64,000 nt of DNA from a virus. The stretch lies in IMG/VR virus record IMGVR_UViG_3300050343_000285, positions 64,001 to 128,000 of that record; one strand, written 5' to 3'. Under the pieces are notes generated by a model, which saw only the letters and a program-made list of their open reading frames with translations, was not told the DNA's origin and searched no databases. The position numbers were made by a program, and so were the translations under genes. Positions 30,242 through 40,589 of the stretch are shown here, piece after piece (position 1 is the stretch's first letter; the number at the start of each line of letters is the position of its first letter).

Positions 30242-30396
30242 TTTTTAAATAACCTATCTATTAAGTCTTTAATTGGTCTTTTTGGTTTTGGTGCAGCCTT
30301 ATCATTGTTTGGTGCAAACATTTTTAAAATTGCTAGTATAAAATTAGTAATAGTTTTAATAAGGCTATTCAGTGCTATTTTATCTAATAATCTCAT
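30238..30396 (-). CDS. 52-aa amphipathic/basic peptide (MRLLDKIALNSLIKTITNFILAILKMFAPNNDKAAPKPKRPIKDLIDRLFKK)
   Basis: Translated by hand; ATGA overlaps at both ends. Confidence 0.7.
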   Translation of the reverse strand: MRLLDKIALNSLIKTITNFILAILKMFAPNNDKAAPKPKRPIKDLIDRLFKK

Positions 30397-31319
30397 AAGT
30401 AATCTACGAAGCCGTAGTCCGGAAGTTTTTGAGGAGGGAAACCATTAAAATCACTAAATGCGTATGCTCCATTCTGCCTAAGCATACCTTCTGCAATATC
30501 TGCGTGTATTAAAAAAGATCCATCCGGAATTGGTCCCCATTCTGGATGTCCTCCACTATTGAATTTACCCCAGCTATTTTGTATAAGAAATGCAGGTTCT
30601 TTACCTGTGTCGTCACAAGCTGTCCATGCCATTGCATGAGCCCATGATCCGCTTTTTCTTGCAAAACCCTTGCTATCTCTTTTGTTAGAAAATCCATAAC
30701 TACTACATACACTTAAACCATACCCATTAGCAAGTGCATCTCTAGCTTCTTCTACTGTTTTAATTAAAGATACTGTCTTAATTTGATGTTCATCAGCTTT
30801 ATCAATTACCTTATCTGGTAATCCCCTGCTACCCCATCTTGCGCCCATACTGCCATTATACTTACTAAAGTCTGCAACTCCAGGGTAATTTTTTCTGACA
30901 AGTACTCCACCAACTTGGCTAACAAATTTAGCAGCACGACTACAGCTCATACCTTGTCCGCCATGACCCCTACATCCATATATAGCTTCTGTAGCACCTC
31001 TTGCTATCCAGCTTTCTTTGTCTCCTTTAATATCTATTTCTACTGCTCTGGTTAAATCACAGCCGTTTCTGGTAGCGTGTGATACACAGTCTCCTGTGGT
31101 CTGTCTTTCTATATATGCATGCTTATCGAATTTTAGTACAGACATAAACGGAGTAGACAGTTTACCTTTACCGCTATTTTTAATTTTTTTAGAACCGTCT
31201 TTAAAATATGCATACCTAGACGTTTCCATCAGTTCATCATATACGTGCTGTTCCCAAAGGCAGCCACTATAACCCTTACGATATTCATTGTATAGTTGGT
31301 CTGGTGTTAATCTTGGCAT
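30393..31319 (-). CDS. Papain-like (C1) cysteine peptidase
   Basis: Q-x5-C oxyanion/nucleophile (QTTGDCVSH), WAHAMAW, IQNSWG. Confidence 0.88.
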   Translation of the reverse strand: MPRLTPDQLYNEYRKGYSGCLWEQHVYDELMETSRYAYFKDGSKKIKNSGKGKLSTPFMSVLKFDKHAYIERQTTGDCVSHATRNGCDLTRAVEIDIKGDKESWIARGATEAIYGCRGHGGQGMSCSRAAKFVSQVGGVLVRKNYPGVADFSKYNGSMGARWGSRGLPDKVIDKADEHQIKTVSLIKTVEEARDALANGYGLSVCSSYGFSNKRDSKGFARKSGSWAHAMAWTACDDTGKEPAFLIQNSWGKFNSGGHPEWGPIPDGSFLIHADIAEGMLRQNGAYAFSDFNGFPPQKLPDYGFVDYL

Positions 31320-31829
31320 TTATTGACTTCCTTGATAAAAGGCCCACGATAAAGCTCTGAATGCATCAACTGCTTTGTTTCTAGTTTCGTCATCTAACAC
31401 AACATCCTCTTCGCCTATAGCAGAAATAAGCAAATCTTTAGCTTTATCTGCTAATCCTTGATATTTATTTTTTACATCTAGTCTTAGCATTTTGCCAGAT
31501 AAACTATTAACTTCTCTAATAGAAGCTGTGTCAGATATAATTTTATCATCTCCGTCTATCTCTATTAAAGTAGCTATATCAGAATATAGTGCAGAAAGTT
31601 TTAAACTGTCAGATTTTCGTGTAGAATCATCTGATTGTTTTAAAATTTTTGAAACAGCTCTTGCTTTTTCTAACAGTTCTGTATCTGAAGGTGCGTCAAT
31701 AACATAATTTTCTAAATTACACGAAGGTTGATTCACGGGTAACCTAATATTAAAATTACTTAAATCAGGCTTCAGTATACCTATAACAATTAATATTCCG
31801 CCTAAAATTAACCATAATTTTTTAGACAT
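31320..31829 (-). CDS. N-terminally membrane-anchored hypothetical protein
   Basis: MSKKLWLILGGILIVIGILKP then a helical acidic domain. Confidence 0.65.
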   Translation of the reverse strand: MSKKLWLILGGILIVIGILKPDLSNFNIRLPVNQPSCNLENYVIDAPSDTELLEKARAVSKILKQSDDSTRKSDSLKLSALYSDIATLIEIDGDDKIISDTASIREVNSLSGKMLRLDVKNKYQGLADKAKDLLISAIGEEDVVLDDETRNKAVDAFRALSWAFYQGSQ

Positions 31830-32205
31830 CTGTTTCCTCCGAACAAATAGTAGGACTTAAATAAGGGAACATCTGATCCGCTACTTCTACGGCTTTGTTA
31901 CACCCACTACGCTCTGCTAAATCTCTTGTCTGCTTCCAAGATACAACCAAATCAAAAAATAGTTTTTGTTTATCTTCTGGTACAGTTTTAGCTACTTCAT
32001 CTAATCCTGGAATAGAAGGAGTAGGTAAGTCTATATCTCCTAATTTACTTTTGATTCCTTTTACTATTTTTAAAATAGCTTCTTGCACTGGACTTAATTT
32101 ATCTTTAAATAAAATCCATAAGACAATACCTGCACCAGCATATAAAGCCAAATCCGTTGGGCCTAAACCAGAACTAAATTCTTCGAAGGTTTGTGTAAAA
32201 TTCAT
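31822..32205 (-). CDS. Single-TM hypothetical protein
   Basis: LALYAGAGIVLWILF. Confidence 0.65.
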   Translation of the reverse strand: MNFTQTFEEFSSGLGPTDLALYAGAGIVLWILFKDKLSPVQEAILKIVKGIKSKLGDIDLPTPSIPGLDEVAKTVPEDKQKLFFDLVVSWKQTRDLAERSGCNKAVEVADQMFPYLSPTICSEETDV

Positions 32206-32675
32206 TATTTCCTCACTATGGTTTTAATGTCGTTTAAAAAATCTACCACAATTTTACGTTCTGTTCCAGTATTTGCTTGAGAATCTACAACTTCTTTAGG
32301 TTTAAATACACCTACTTGTCTAAATGTCGCTACCATAGCATCAATTCCTGAGCCTACTAATAACATTAAGAAACTCTTCACATGACTATGGATAATTGGT
32401 TCTAATACTGATGGAACCCAAGGTAAATCTACATGTACAAAAATCTTATCATAAAAGCTACTGATTAATTCAAGTGCTAATTTTTTCTTATCTGGACTAC
32501 TAAGATCATTACCTAAATTTTCAATTAATTGAATAACTACAGCAGTTAACAACTGTAATATTTTCCATACTTCGCTTACAGCAAATTTCTTAACATCTGA
32601 AACAGCTTTTTTAGTTTCATTAATTAAATTTTCTACTTCTTTTCTAATTAAATCTTTAGTAGTTGTATCGCTCAT
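32205..32675 (-). CDS. Helical hypothetical protein
   Basis: 156-aa ORF with amphipathic helices, coupled to its neighbours. Confidence 0.6.
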   Translation of the reverse strand: MSDTTTKDLIRKEVENLINETKKAVSDVKKFAVSEVWKILQLLTAVVIQLIENLGNDLSSPDKKKLALELISSFYDKIFVHVDLPWVPSVLEPIIHSHVKSFLMLLVGSGIDAMVATFRQVGVFKPKEVVDSQANTGTERKIVVDFLNDIKTIVRK

Positions 32676-32684
32676 AATTTCACC

Positions 32685-33143
32685 TCATGCAATTATATAT
32701 GGTTTTATCTCTTTAAAAAGTTGTTCGCCTACGCCATTAATGTTTATTAGTTGTTCTGGATTTGAAAATTTATGCTTATTTCTATAGTCTACAATTTTTT
32801 GTGCTGTTACTGGCCCTATATGAGGTAGTTGTATTAATTCTCCTATACTAGCAGTATTTATATTAATATTTTTATATTGTTTGTCTACCCCGACATAATC
32901 TTCAAGCTCTTTACTAACTTTATTTTCTTCTTTTTCTCTTGCTCTTCTTTCTGACAAATATCTAGAAAAAAAGGCAAACTGACCACCAATTAATATTATA
33001 CTTTCAACTACATGAGTCGATACACTTATTAAATCGTCTTTGGTATCTGCCTCTGTAATTACTCCGAATATAAACAATCCACTAATAAAAAAACTTACTA
33101 AAGTAAACCAAAATTCACTTTTTTTATATCCCGGAGTTTTCAT
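32685..33143 (-). CDS. Holin-like 2-TM protein fused to a ComEA-type helix-hairpin-helix domain
   Basis: PGYKKSEFWFTL plus two hydrophobic segments; ININTASIGELIQLPHIGPVTAQKIVDYR..F..EQLININGVG. Confidence 0.8.
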   Translation of the reverse strand: MKTPGYKKSEFWFTLVSFFISGLFIFGVITEADTKDDLISVSTHVVESIILIGGQFAFFSRYLSERRAREKEENKVSKELEDYVGVDKQYKNININTASIGELIQLPHIGPVTAQKIVDYRNKHKFSNPEQLININGVGEQLFKEIKPYIIA

Positions 33144-33145
33144 TA

Positions 33146-33361
33146 TTATACCGTATAATAAGAGGTATCGTCAAATCTGTTTTCGTATAAAGTTTCAATT
33201 GCGTCATCTGTTAGTCCAGACACCGCAGTAGGGTTACAGTTAGTACAATCGTTAGTAACATACGAGCCTGTATTTAGTGCTTGAGTTACAATTGTACCAT
33301 TTTTTACAGTGCCAGAGGGACTAACACTATCGCTAGATAAAGCAACATCTGATGTAGCCAT
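33146..33361 (-). CDS. Small acidic Ser/Thr-rich protein (possibly virion)
   Basis: 71-aa ORF with SD and an upstream TGGTGTA motif. Confidence 0.6.
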   Translation of the reverse strand: MATSDVALSSDSVSPSGTVKNGTIVTQALNTGSYVTNDCTNCNPTAVSGLTDDAIETLYENRFDDTSYYTV

Positions 33362-33412
33362 AAAAATACCTTCTATAAATACGTGTAAATATACAGAAAA
33401 CTATTATATAAT

Positions 33413-33419
33413 TACACCA
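33413..33419 (-). promoter_or_regulatory. TGGTGTA intergenic motif, copy 2
   Basis: TTGGTGTAATTATATAATAG..ATTTACAC between genes. Confidence 0.45.
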
Positions 33420-33420
33420 A

Positions 33421-33756
33421 TTAAGGCTTTTCTATTCTATGCTCTAAAGCTTCTAGCGTCTTGCCTAAAGTGGCTATCTGTACCTTTAATTCTGTCATTA
33501 CTTCAGTGTTTTTTTCTAATGCTCTAAATAATATACTAGTATCTTCCTTATGACTGTTTAATCTTTCCATAATAAACTGTCGATCTTTAGCATATTGACT
33601 AGCTTGTGATTGAGCAGCAAGCATTTCTTCCACTTCTTTTCTGTTAACTAAATTCCTGACAAACCCTGTCCAAAACCCTATAAGGGCTATAATCACACTT
33701 GCCATATGTGTTGTAAAATTTTCAAAAAAATGTCCTATTGTATTTGGATCTGCCAT
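33421..33756 (-). CDS. Single-TM plus coiled-coil protein (holin-like)
   Basis: MASVIIALIGFWTGFV then ALEKNTEVMTELKVQIATL coiled coil; start set at ATG 33756. Confidence 0.55.
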   Translation of the reverse strand: MADPNTIGHFFENFTTHMASVIIALIGFWTGFVRNLVNRKEVEEMLAAQSQASQYAKDRQFIMERLNSHKEDTSILFRALEKNTEVMTELKVQIATLGKTLEALEHRIEKP

Positions 33757-33790
33757 ATTTAATAAGCCTTTACAAATAAATGTTTTCTGT

Positions 33791-33822
33791 AAATAAAAAA
33801 GAGGCGTATATTGCAACGCCTC
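33791..33822 (-). terminator. Rho-independent terminator
   Basis: Minus strand GAGGCGT-TGCAATAT-ACGCCTC followed by TTTTTTATTT. Confidence 0.8.
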
Positions 33823-33836
33823 ATATCAATCAAATA

Positions 33837-34322
33837 TCAGCCTTTAGCTTCATAAGCTTTTGTTACTGTTGTATTACCAATTCTGTATACCAAGTTGCCT
33901 GGAACGTTAAATGATGCTCTAGCAGCATTATCATTGCCAAAAGAATCATTAGCTACAGTAACTGATGTGAATTTACCAGTAATAACATTATAATTGCCAG
34001 CTCTCATAGCAGTAGCTAATCTAGCTGTTCTAGCACTTTCTTTCTTATGAATAGAATCTAAATATTCGGGATAAATAGATGCATTTTTTAAAGATCCACT
34101 AATAGCAGATGCACTTCTTTGATTAATAGCTGTAAATGTAGAATTAGCAAAATCAACAGATGCTAATGATTTTTGACTATCAAGATCATCTGTAGGATAG
34201 TTACCAGCGTTGTAAATCTCATTGGTGGGATTCACTTTATTACCACCGGTTTTACCTGATGTGTAAGTAGCTGTTGTTCCACCAATATTTTGGGCAGAAC
34301 CCGAAACATAATGTATTGACAT
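33837..34322 (-). CDS. Small Ser/Thr/Asn/Gly-rich protein (possibly virion structural)
   Basis: Start MSIHYVSG at ATG 34322 with GAGGT SD; has its own upstream motif and terminator. Confidence 0.65.
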   Translation of the reverse strand: MSIHYVSGSAQNIGGTTATYTSGKTGGNKVNPTNEIYNAGNYPTDDLDSQKSLASVDFANSTFTAINQRSASAISGSLKNASIYPEYLDSIHKKESARTARLATAMRAGNYNVITGKFTSVTVANDSFGNDNAARASFNVPGNLVYRIGNTTVTKAYEAKG

Positions 34323-34371
34323 AATTAAAACCTCTAGGTCGTGTGTAAATGATATATCACTATATGAATAG

Positions 34372-34378
34372 TACACCA
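34372..34378 (-). promoter_or_regulatory. TGGTGTA intergenic motif, copy 3
   Basis: TTGGTGTACTATTCATATAG..ATTTACAC between genes. Confidence 0.45.
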
Positions 34379-34389
34379 ATAATAGCGTA

Positions 34390-35136
34390 TTAAGCAAAAA
34401 GTTTATACCAGTCAGAATATTCTTCTGGCACATTGTGCATATTTTTACAACTGGTGTCCATCTGTGTTCTAGAGACAAAATCAGTCCTTACATTAACTAT
34501 TTTTTTTGTAGAGCAAAAAAGGTTGAATTTGTCTATATTATCCGAGATACAACTATCTATTTGTTTATATAGCGGAAAAATTAAGTCTAAAAGCTTTTTA
34601 GAACCCGTCTGTGAGACTACATACCCATAAGTGCCTGTAATTAATCCTCTAGGTTTAGATATAATATTATTAATAATCTTTTTTTGAAAACCAGGAATTT
34701 CGTTACATCCCAAATATATAATGTCATATGAGCCTTGAGAGTCCTCTATTTGCCCTAATACAGAGCTGAGGTCGTAATCGAATCTATCATTTATTATAAT
34801 ATCATCTTCTAAAACAAGAAAGGGCTTATGAGCATCCCTACATTCTTTATAAATTAAATTATGAGATAATGCACAAGCTAATGATCCGTATGTTAAAGAT
34901 ACTCCGTACTGTTGTTGTTTTTGTTTAATAATATCATTTTTGGCTTTTGTCGTAACTATAGATTCAGGTATAAGTCTAATATCTAAGTACTTACCAATAA
35001 CTGCTTCATATCTTTTACAAGTTTTACTTAAAAATTTAGACTTTTTAATTTCTTGTTCGAAGTAAGTTTTTTTATTTTTGTCTTCGTCTAGATTAATGTA
35101 ATATATTTGTTCGAAATACGAGTATAGGTCTATCAT
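34390..35136 (-). CDS. GT25-family glycosyltransferase
   Basis: IYYINLD; YGSLACALSH; LVLEDD; YDIIYLG; GTYGYVVS; QID. Confidence 0.88.
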   Translation of the reverse strand: MIDLYSYFEQIYYINLDEDKNKKTYFEQEIKKSKFLSKTCKRYEAVIGKYLDIRLIPESIVTTKAKNDIIKQKQQQYGVSLTYGSLACALSHNLIYKECRDAHKPFLVLEDDIIINDRFDYDLSSVLGQIEDSQGSYDIIYLGCNEIPGFQKKIINNIISKPRGLITGTYGYVVSQTGSKKLLDLIFPLYKQIDSCISDNIDKFNLFCSTKKIVNVRTDFVSRTQMDTSCKNMHNVPEEYSDWYKLFA

Positions 35137-36062
35137 TGAATATATCTATATATTTTATTGTTATCTAATTTAAACGCTTCTTTTCCATAGTTTTCCCAAT
35201 TAATAGTAATAATTTTTTTATTTAAATCAAATTTACCATAGTGATTATTTTCTATATTAAATATTTTATGTCGTTTGGTATCTATAAAACAATAAGACTC
35301 CCAGCCATAATGAACAAAGTATGCGATATCAAATTCATCTTGACTAATATACATCTTACCTTCGCTATCAGGAATGAAGCAATGCTTGGAGGATATATTA
35401 TTTCCGTGTATGTTGTATATGGCATAATCGATATTATCTAAAACTTTGGATGTGATATTATTGTCTCTCCACTTTTTTCTCCATCCAGCATCTTCAAAAA
35501 TATGTATTTTACTCAATTCTGAGGACGTTGTGTTAAGTAAAACATTTAGTGCTTTTCTATTAAAAATATACGTGAAAGGCATACCAAACTGAACATTGCT
35601 TTTTAAATCCTCATGCCAATGTCCTCCAACGTTATCAAATTTACCCTTATATAATTTATTATTGTTTAGCTGGTATGTAATATAGCCAGACAGCACATCC
35701 TCCTGACATTTTTGATAATGATTTAACATATTCTCTATATATGTTTTTTTATATATATCATCATCATCTATTTTAATAAATATATCATATTTTTTATAAT
35801 CTGCTTTTTTGATTGGGTAAAGATAATTTTCATGTTGAGAGAAATTAGGATGAAAAAGTATTTTTAATCTTTTATCTTTTGAGTAATCAGATAGTAGATA
35901 TTCATATTCATACTGCTCTCTAGGTGTGTCTACAGATAGACCAATAGCGTAATCGAAAGAACTATGCGATTGGTTTAGGATACTATTAGTACAATGATAT
36001 AGATTATAAGGTCTTTTATAGGATGTTGTGAAGCATAAAATACTAGGATTTTTTCTGCGCAT
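35133..36062 (-). CDS. GT-A (GT2-like) glycosyltransferase with aromatic C-terminal domain
   Basis: CFTTSYKRP; FIKIDDDDIY; FEDAGW. Confidence 0.75.
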   Translation of the reverse strand: MRRKNPSILCFTTSYKRPYNLYHCTNSILNQSHSSFDYAIGLSVDTPREQYEYEYLLSDYSKDKRLKILFHPNFSQHENYLYPIKKADYKKYDIFIKIDDDDIYKKTYIENMLNHYQKCQEDVLSGYITYQLNNNKLYKGKFDNVGGHWHEDLKSNVQFGMPFTYIFNRKALNVLLNTTSSELSKIHIFEDAGWRKKWRDNNITSKVLDNIDYAIYNIHGNNISSKHCFIPDSEGKMYISQDEFDIAYFVHYGWESYCFIDTKRHKIFNIENNHYGKFDLNKKIITINWENYGKEAFKLDNNKIYRYIQ

Positions 36063-36064
36063 AT

Positions 36065-37108
36065 CTATTCATTAATACTGTAGAAATAATTATCGTTATC
36101 GTATTTTTTATAAAAAAATTTCATCGCCCCAAGTATCCCATGTAATATTTATAGTATCATTATCCTTTATTTCAAAAGCTCCATGGTCGTCATTATCTAT
36201 ATTATACATTCGGTTATTTCTTTTGTTAAGATAAACAAAGGATGACCAGTAATTGTGCTCAAAAACACATAAGGCAAAATTTTCGTTATCTATACTTTTG
36301 TAATAAGCGCCATCGGTATTGATATTAACATCCTGAGTTTCTTCTTTTTCAATAAGAAAAAGAGTGCTAATATGTCCTAATTCTCTTACTTTTATTTTAT
36401 GTTCAGCCCATACGTTCATCCATTCATTTTTAGATCTAACAGGTGAAGAAAAAATTATATCCATTGCTTTATTATTATATATAAAGTTATATTTCTTTTC
36501 ATATGATTTTTCCATATTGAAAGCGCTATCGATTATTTTATCGCAAGATACACACAGAACGTCACAAGGTTTGTCTTTATATATATCGACTAAGTTTTGG
36601 ATATGATTAGGGTTGTAATTAAAGTCTGGATTACAGTATATGAAAGTATTATATTTTTCCTTAGCTACATGTTCCAGCAAGTATAGATCGTCTGACGTTT
36701 GATCATTATATTTATTTTGAAAAACAATTTTGATAGAGTTTTTTGGAATATAATTAGATATAATTTCTCTATATATTCTATGTTCTGATTTAGATTCAGT
36801 GCGAATATTGAGTATAAAATCTATATTAGGATATGTTTGGCTATTAAATTCATTAAGATAAGTCAGTAAAGACTTTGGATCTTTATTGAAATTAGAAAAA
36901 ACATAAGATTCTTAAAATACTATCAGAATTAGCAGGCTTAGGTGTGGGGATTATTTTTTTCTTAGCTTTTTTAGCCACTTTTTTTAATTTGCGTTTTGGT
37001 CGGTTTTCGAATTGGCTTTTTAGTTGATATTTTATTTGTTGGTGTTTTTTTTGTTGGTGTTTTTTTTGTCGGGGATTTGGTTTTAGTACTGGATTTTGCT
37101 CTCGGCAT
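36065..37108 (-). CDS. Degenerate GT-A paralog with a histone H1-like Lys-rich N-terminus (indels)
   Basis: MPRAKSSTKTKSPTKKTPTKKTPT..KKVAKKAKKK from ATG 37108, then ILRILCF; frameshift in a T-run near 36900; C-terminus matches the downstream gene. Confidence 0.55.
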
Positions 37109-37133
37109 TGTATTTTCCTATTTAAAAATAAAC

Positions 37134-38448
37134 TTAAACATTGATAATGATTTTTTCACACCAATCCCCACCCTCTATATGAGGTATTATAACGCAGTGA
37201 TGCACATTTCCTTCACATGAAAATTTAGCGTGATGTGAGTTTCTTCTTTTACTAAAGCATTCTTCGTAATAAGCTTCCTCATGATTGAAATCTTTACGCC
37301 ATAGTAGTTTATTGTCTTTGTCTTCAAATCCAAAAAACCAAAAATCAAATTTAACATTATCAGGAATGTCGTCTCTGTTCCATTCTACATTATAATTATG
37401 GGTACCTAACATACCATTAGACCATTCTTCTTCTGACATAATATATGGCTCTGGTATTTCTGTAGAATCATGGATACGAGATGCATACTTATGCACTTTT
37501 CTGTTTTGGAAATCTAGACCACAATACAGTTCGTATTCGTGTAAACTTCTCTTATTACCAAACCCATAATGTCTAAAGTCTATATTAGAAATTTCCATAC
37601 CAAAAAGTTTTCTTTGTCTTTCTTTAGACCTAATATTTCTAGCTTCAGCTTCGATGTCAAAATCATTGGACTTTACATGATCCTCCCAATGTTTATGCTC
37701 TTTTTGTCTTAAATACTCATGCCATATAATAGAATATGTTGGATGAAACATATCATAGCCATGAGTATATGCTCTAGCGCTCAAAGTTACTTCTTCACCA
37801 CGAAAATATAAATTGGGGTCGTAAATACATTCTCTACAAAAATGACCAGAAGTGAAGATGAAGTGACCAGAAAGCAATCTAGCTTTAATTAAATTAATAC
37901 CTTTAGATTTCAAAAATTTATGATTATTAATGAGTTGTGGTCTAGATATTATATCACCATCATCGGTAAAAGTATCAAAAGTAACAATTCGATACGGCTC
38001 TTCTTTCAGTGGTTCTTTGTCTTCTTTATTCTGGCCAATAGGTTGTTCCATATGTACCAATAATTGGTTTAGATGAAGGAGCTTCCTGATATAGATTTTT
38101 TAAATATTCGTCCCCAGTGTTCTTTAAAAATCTATGATGAGAGTCTAGTTGCAAAATAATACTTCTTCATCTGTGATATAGATGTTTTTGTATAGTGTGC
38201 CTAGCCCAGCAAGCGCCCTTACTTTGTCTGCCAATCGCATTCATAAATTCTTAATGTTTTTATTATCTGTAAATTCTTGTATGGACTTTCGGATTCTTCT
38301 GTTTTTTGCCAACAAATGACCCACTCTAATGAGATCTGGGTGTTTAGCTTTTAATAAAAAGATCTCTTAGCGTCGGTAAAAGCTCAGGATCTCGATATGA
38401 GGCTATGCTTACAAATATCAGATTATTATTCTTTGTCGTTATGGACAT
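37134..38448 (-). CDS. GT60 (Gnt1/Skp1-HyPro and mucin-type polypeptide alpha-GlcNAc transferase)-like protein; N-terminal part frameshifted
   Basis: IFVSIASYRDPELLPTL, SKGACWARH, LQLDSHHRF, FTSGHF, YFRGEE, RAYTHGYDMFHP. Confidence 0.8.
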
Positions 38449-39170
38449 ATTCTCTTAATAAATTTAACGATTGGATATGTTTGTACACTAATATATTTAC
38501 ATTCAGATTTTATAATAAGATTAATGTGTTCATCAGTCCAGACATCTCCATTAAAAATGGTATTTATGCCTGATTTTTGTTCTAAATACTTAGATGCTAT
38601 AATATTATCATATATATTATCTAAAAAGAAATTACGTAGATGGATAAACAGTATCTATATTGTTTATACTCCATGTAGAATCGAACTAAAACTTAGCTAA
38701 TATATTATGATTATATTTTCTATAATCTAATAATATATCTGAATAGATGTATCTTCTGGAACGACTGTAGCTTTAATTCTGATAATCTCACTTCTAATTT
38801 TGTCGTATTTTCTATTAACTAAATAAGCACGACGGAGCCATGATAGAGATAATACCAGACTTCTTTGAGACTTCTTCTATCTTTTTTAATCATAGACAGA
38901 CGAATTACTGTACATTTAGTCCCTAGTGGATACGTCTATAGTGAATATTTATTTTGTTAGGATTGATTAAAAAAATTTTAGCTATTCTATATTGATGTTC
39001 ATTAATTAGTACAGAATTTAGATTTGTCGTACTGTCGTGGAGACTTTTTAAGAGTTTCTTTAGTTTCTTGGTCTGTTTAAGAATGAATCTATATAATATT
39101 CTACAAACATTTGATTTAATAATTATTTTTGTAGGTATTTAATAATATCGTCAACATAACTGATATTCAT
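38439..39170 (-). CDS. Hypothetical protein, heavily frameshifted
   Basis: Coding-like fragments from ATG 39170 to TAA overlapping the GT60 start; boundaries approximate. Confidence 0.4.
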
Positions 39171-39177
39171 GCAGATC

Positions 39178-39789
39178 CTAAAATACTGCATCAGCGAAAC
39201 CATAATAAATACACTGTTCTGGAGATAATATCCAATCGGCTTTATTATCTAATTGAGATAATATATGTTTCTTAGCATTGACTCTTCTCCATTTTTTTTC
39301 TTTAACCAAAGGGGAGTCCATCAGTTTGTCTGTAAAAATATCTACCATTTTAGCAGCCTCCTTTTGACTCCATTCTAAATTAGATACTGCTACCTTATGA
39401 TCTCCATCCACAAAAGAACTTCCATAATGTATTAATGTGTATGAACTTGGCATCATAATCCTTAAATCAGCAGCCTGTAAAATGATACTTCCTGAAGATT
39501 CTGCTCTAGAATAAACTATAATAGCAATTGGTGAAGGACTTAGTCTAATAGCATCATACATACTCATACAATCACACCACTCTCCACCTGGTATATGCAT
39601 ATGTATTATTATTGGATCAAAAGATAGTTGATTTAAATATCTTAAATTTTTATGCAATGAGACAGCAGATCTAAAGTCTACACCATTATCATCATCTCCA
39701 TAAGTAGCAGAATGTAGATATATTTCCCTACTTCTTGGATCTATATTATGATTATGTAAATATTCTATATCTGAATTTAAATTTCTCAT
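39178..39789 (-). CDS. clpP: ClpP-like serine protease
   Basis: IHMHIPGGEW; AESSGSIILQAAD (Ser); LIHYG (His); WILSPEQCIYYGFAD. Confidence 0.85.
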   Translation of the reverse strand: MRNLNSDIEYLHNHNIDPRSREIYLHSATYGDDDNGVDFRSAVSLHKNLRYLNQLSFDPIIIHMHIPGGEWCDCMSMYDAIRLSPSPIAIIVYSRAESSGSIILQAADLRIMMPSSYTLIHYGSSFVDGDHKVAVSNLEWSQKEAAKMVDIFTDKLMDSPLVKEKKWRRVNAKKHILSQLDNKADWILSPEQCIYYGFADAVF

Positions 39790-39790
39790 T

Positions 39791-40226
39791 TTATTTTTCG
39801 TATACTTTATTCTGTATGTTTTCCATAACAGACCTATCCTGAAAAGCCTTGCCTATACCGATTCTAAATCGATATCTTGTAAAAATATCTAATGTTTCTA
39901 CCCCTTCTGTTTTTTCTATTATATGTTGAATTTTTGAAGATATGCTAAAATTAGTATGACCAATCCAAAATTTAAAAGTTTTAGTACACGCTGTCCCCTT
40001 CATTAAATGGTATAACACCCATAGGGGTTATTATAGCCTTAGTATTCATTTTTGAAACATCTTCTTCTTTATTCTTTTCGTTTATTTCTTTTTGCTGCTC
40101 ATAATCTTCCCATTCAGCATACTCTGAAAAATCCTCAATACTGATATCGTCTAAAAATTCAGGATCTTTGTCTAAAGGTTCAAATGGATTAACCCATTTT
40201 TCCCATAATATTTGTTTATTATTCAT
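39791..40226 (-). CDS. Hypothetical protein (one gene split by an indel into two track ORFs)
   Basis: IITPMGVIPFNEG continues as TACTKTFKFWIGHTNF after a one-base shift near 39995. Confidence 0.6.
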
Positions 40227-40229
40227 AGT

Positions 40230-40589
40230 TTAAAGACATGCGTTGGTTTTAATTAATGGTTCTTCAGATATTTGTTCTATAGCCACCTCTTTTAATACAT
40301 TATTTTTTTTATCTAATAAATCTAATGCATTATTAATAATATGTTGATCTAAATCTTTTCCTTCATGATCTTTCAAAATACTGATAACCTCGTCTGCGAA
40401 CAATCCGTAATGTAAACCTATAATGAGATTTGCTAATTGATCAGGGCATTTTTCAAGATTATGATCCCATTTAATTTCGAAAGAATATTCATTATTCGTA
40501 CTTATACTAATCAGAACAGAGCAACCATCTTGATCTTTTGCTGATTGATCATCTTTCTTCTTATTAAATAGTTGTAGAAATGACATCAT
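40230..40589 (-). CDS. Hypothetical protein
   Basis: 119-aa ORF. Confidence 0.55.
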   Translation of the reverse strand: MMSFLQLFNKKKDDQSAKDQDGCSVLISISTNNEYSFEIKWDHNLEKCPDQLANLIIGLHYGLFADEVISILKDHEGKDLDQHIINNALDLLDKKNNVLKEVAIEQISEEPLIKTNACL

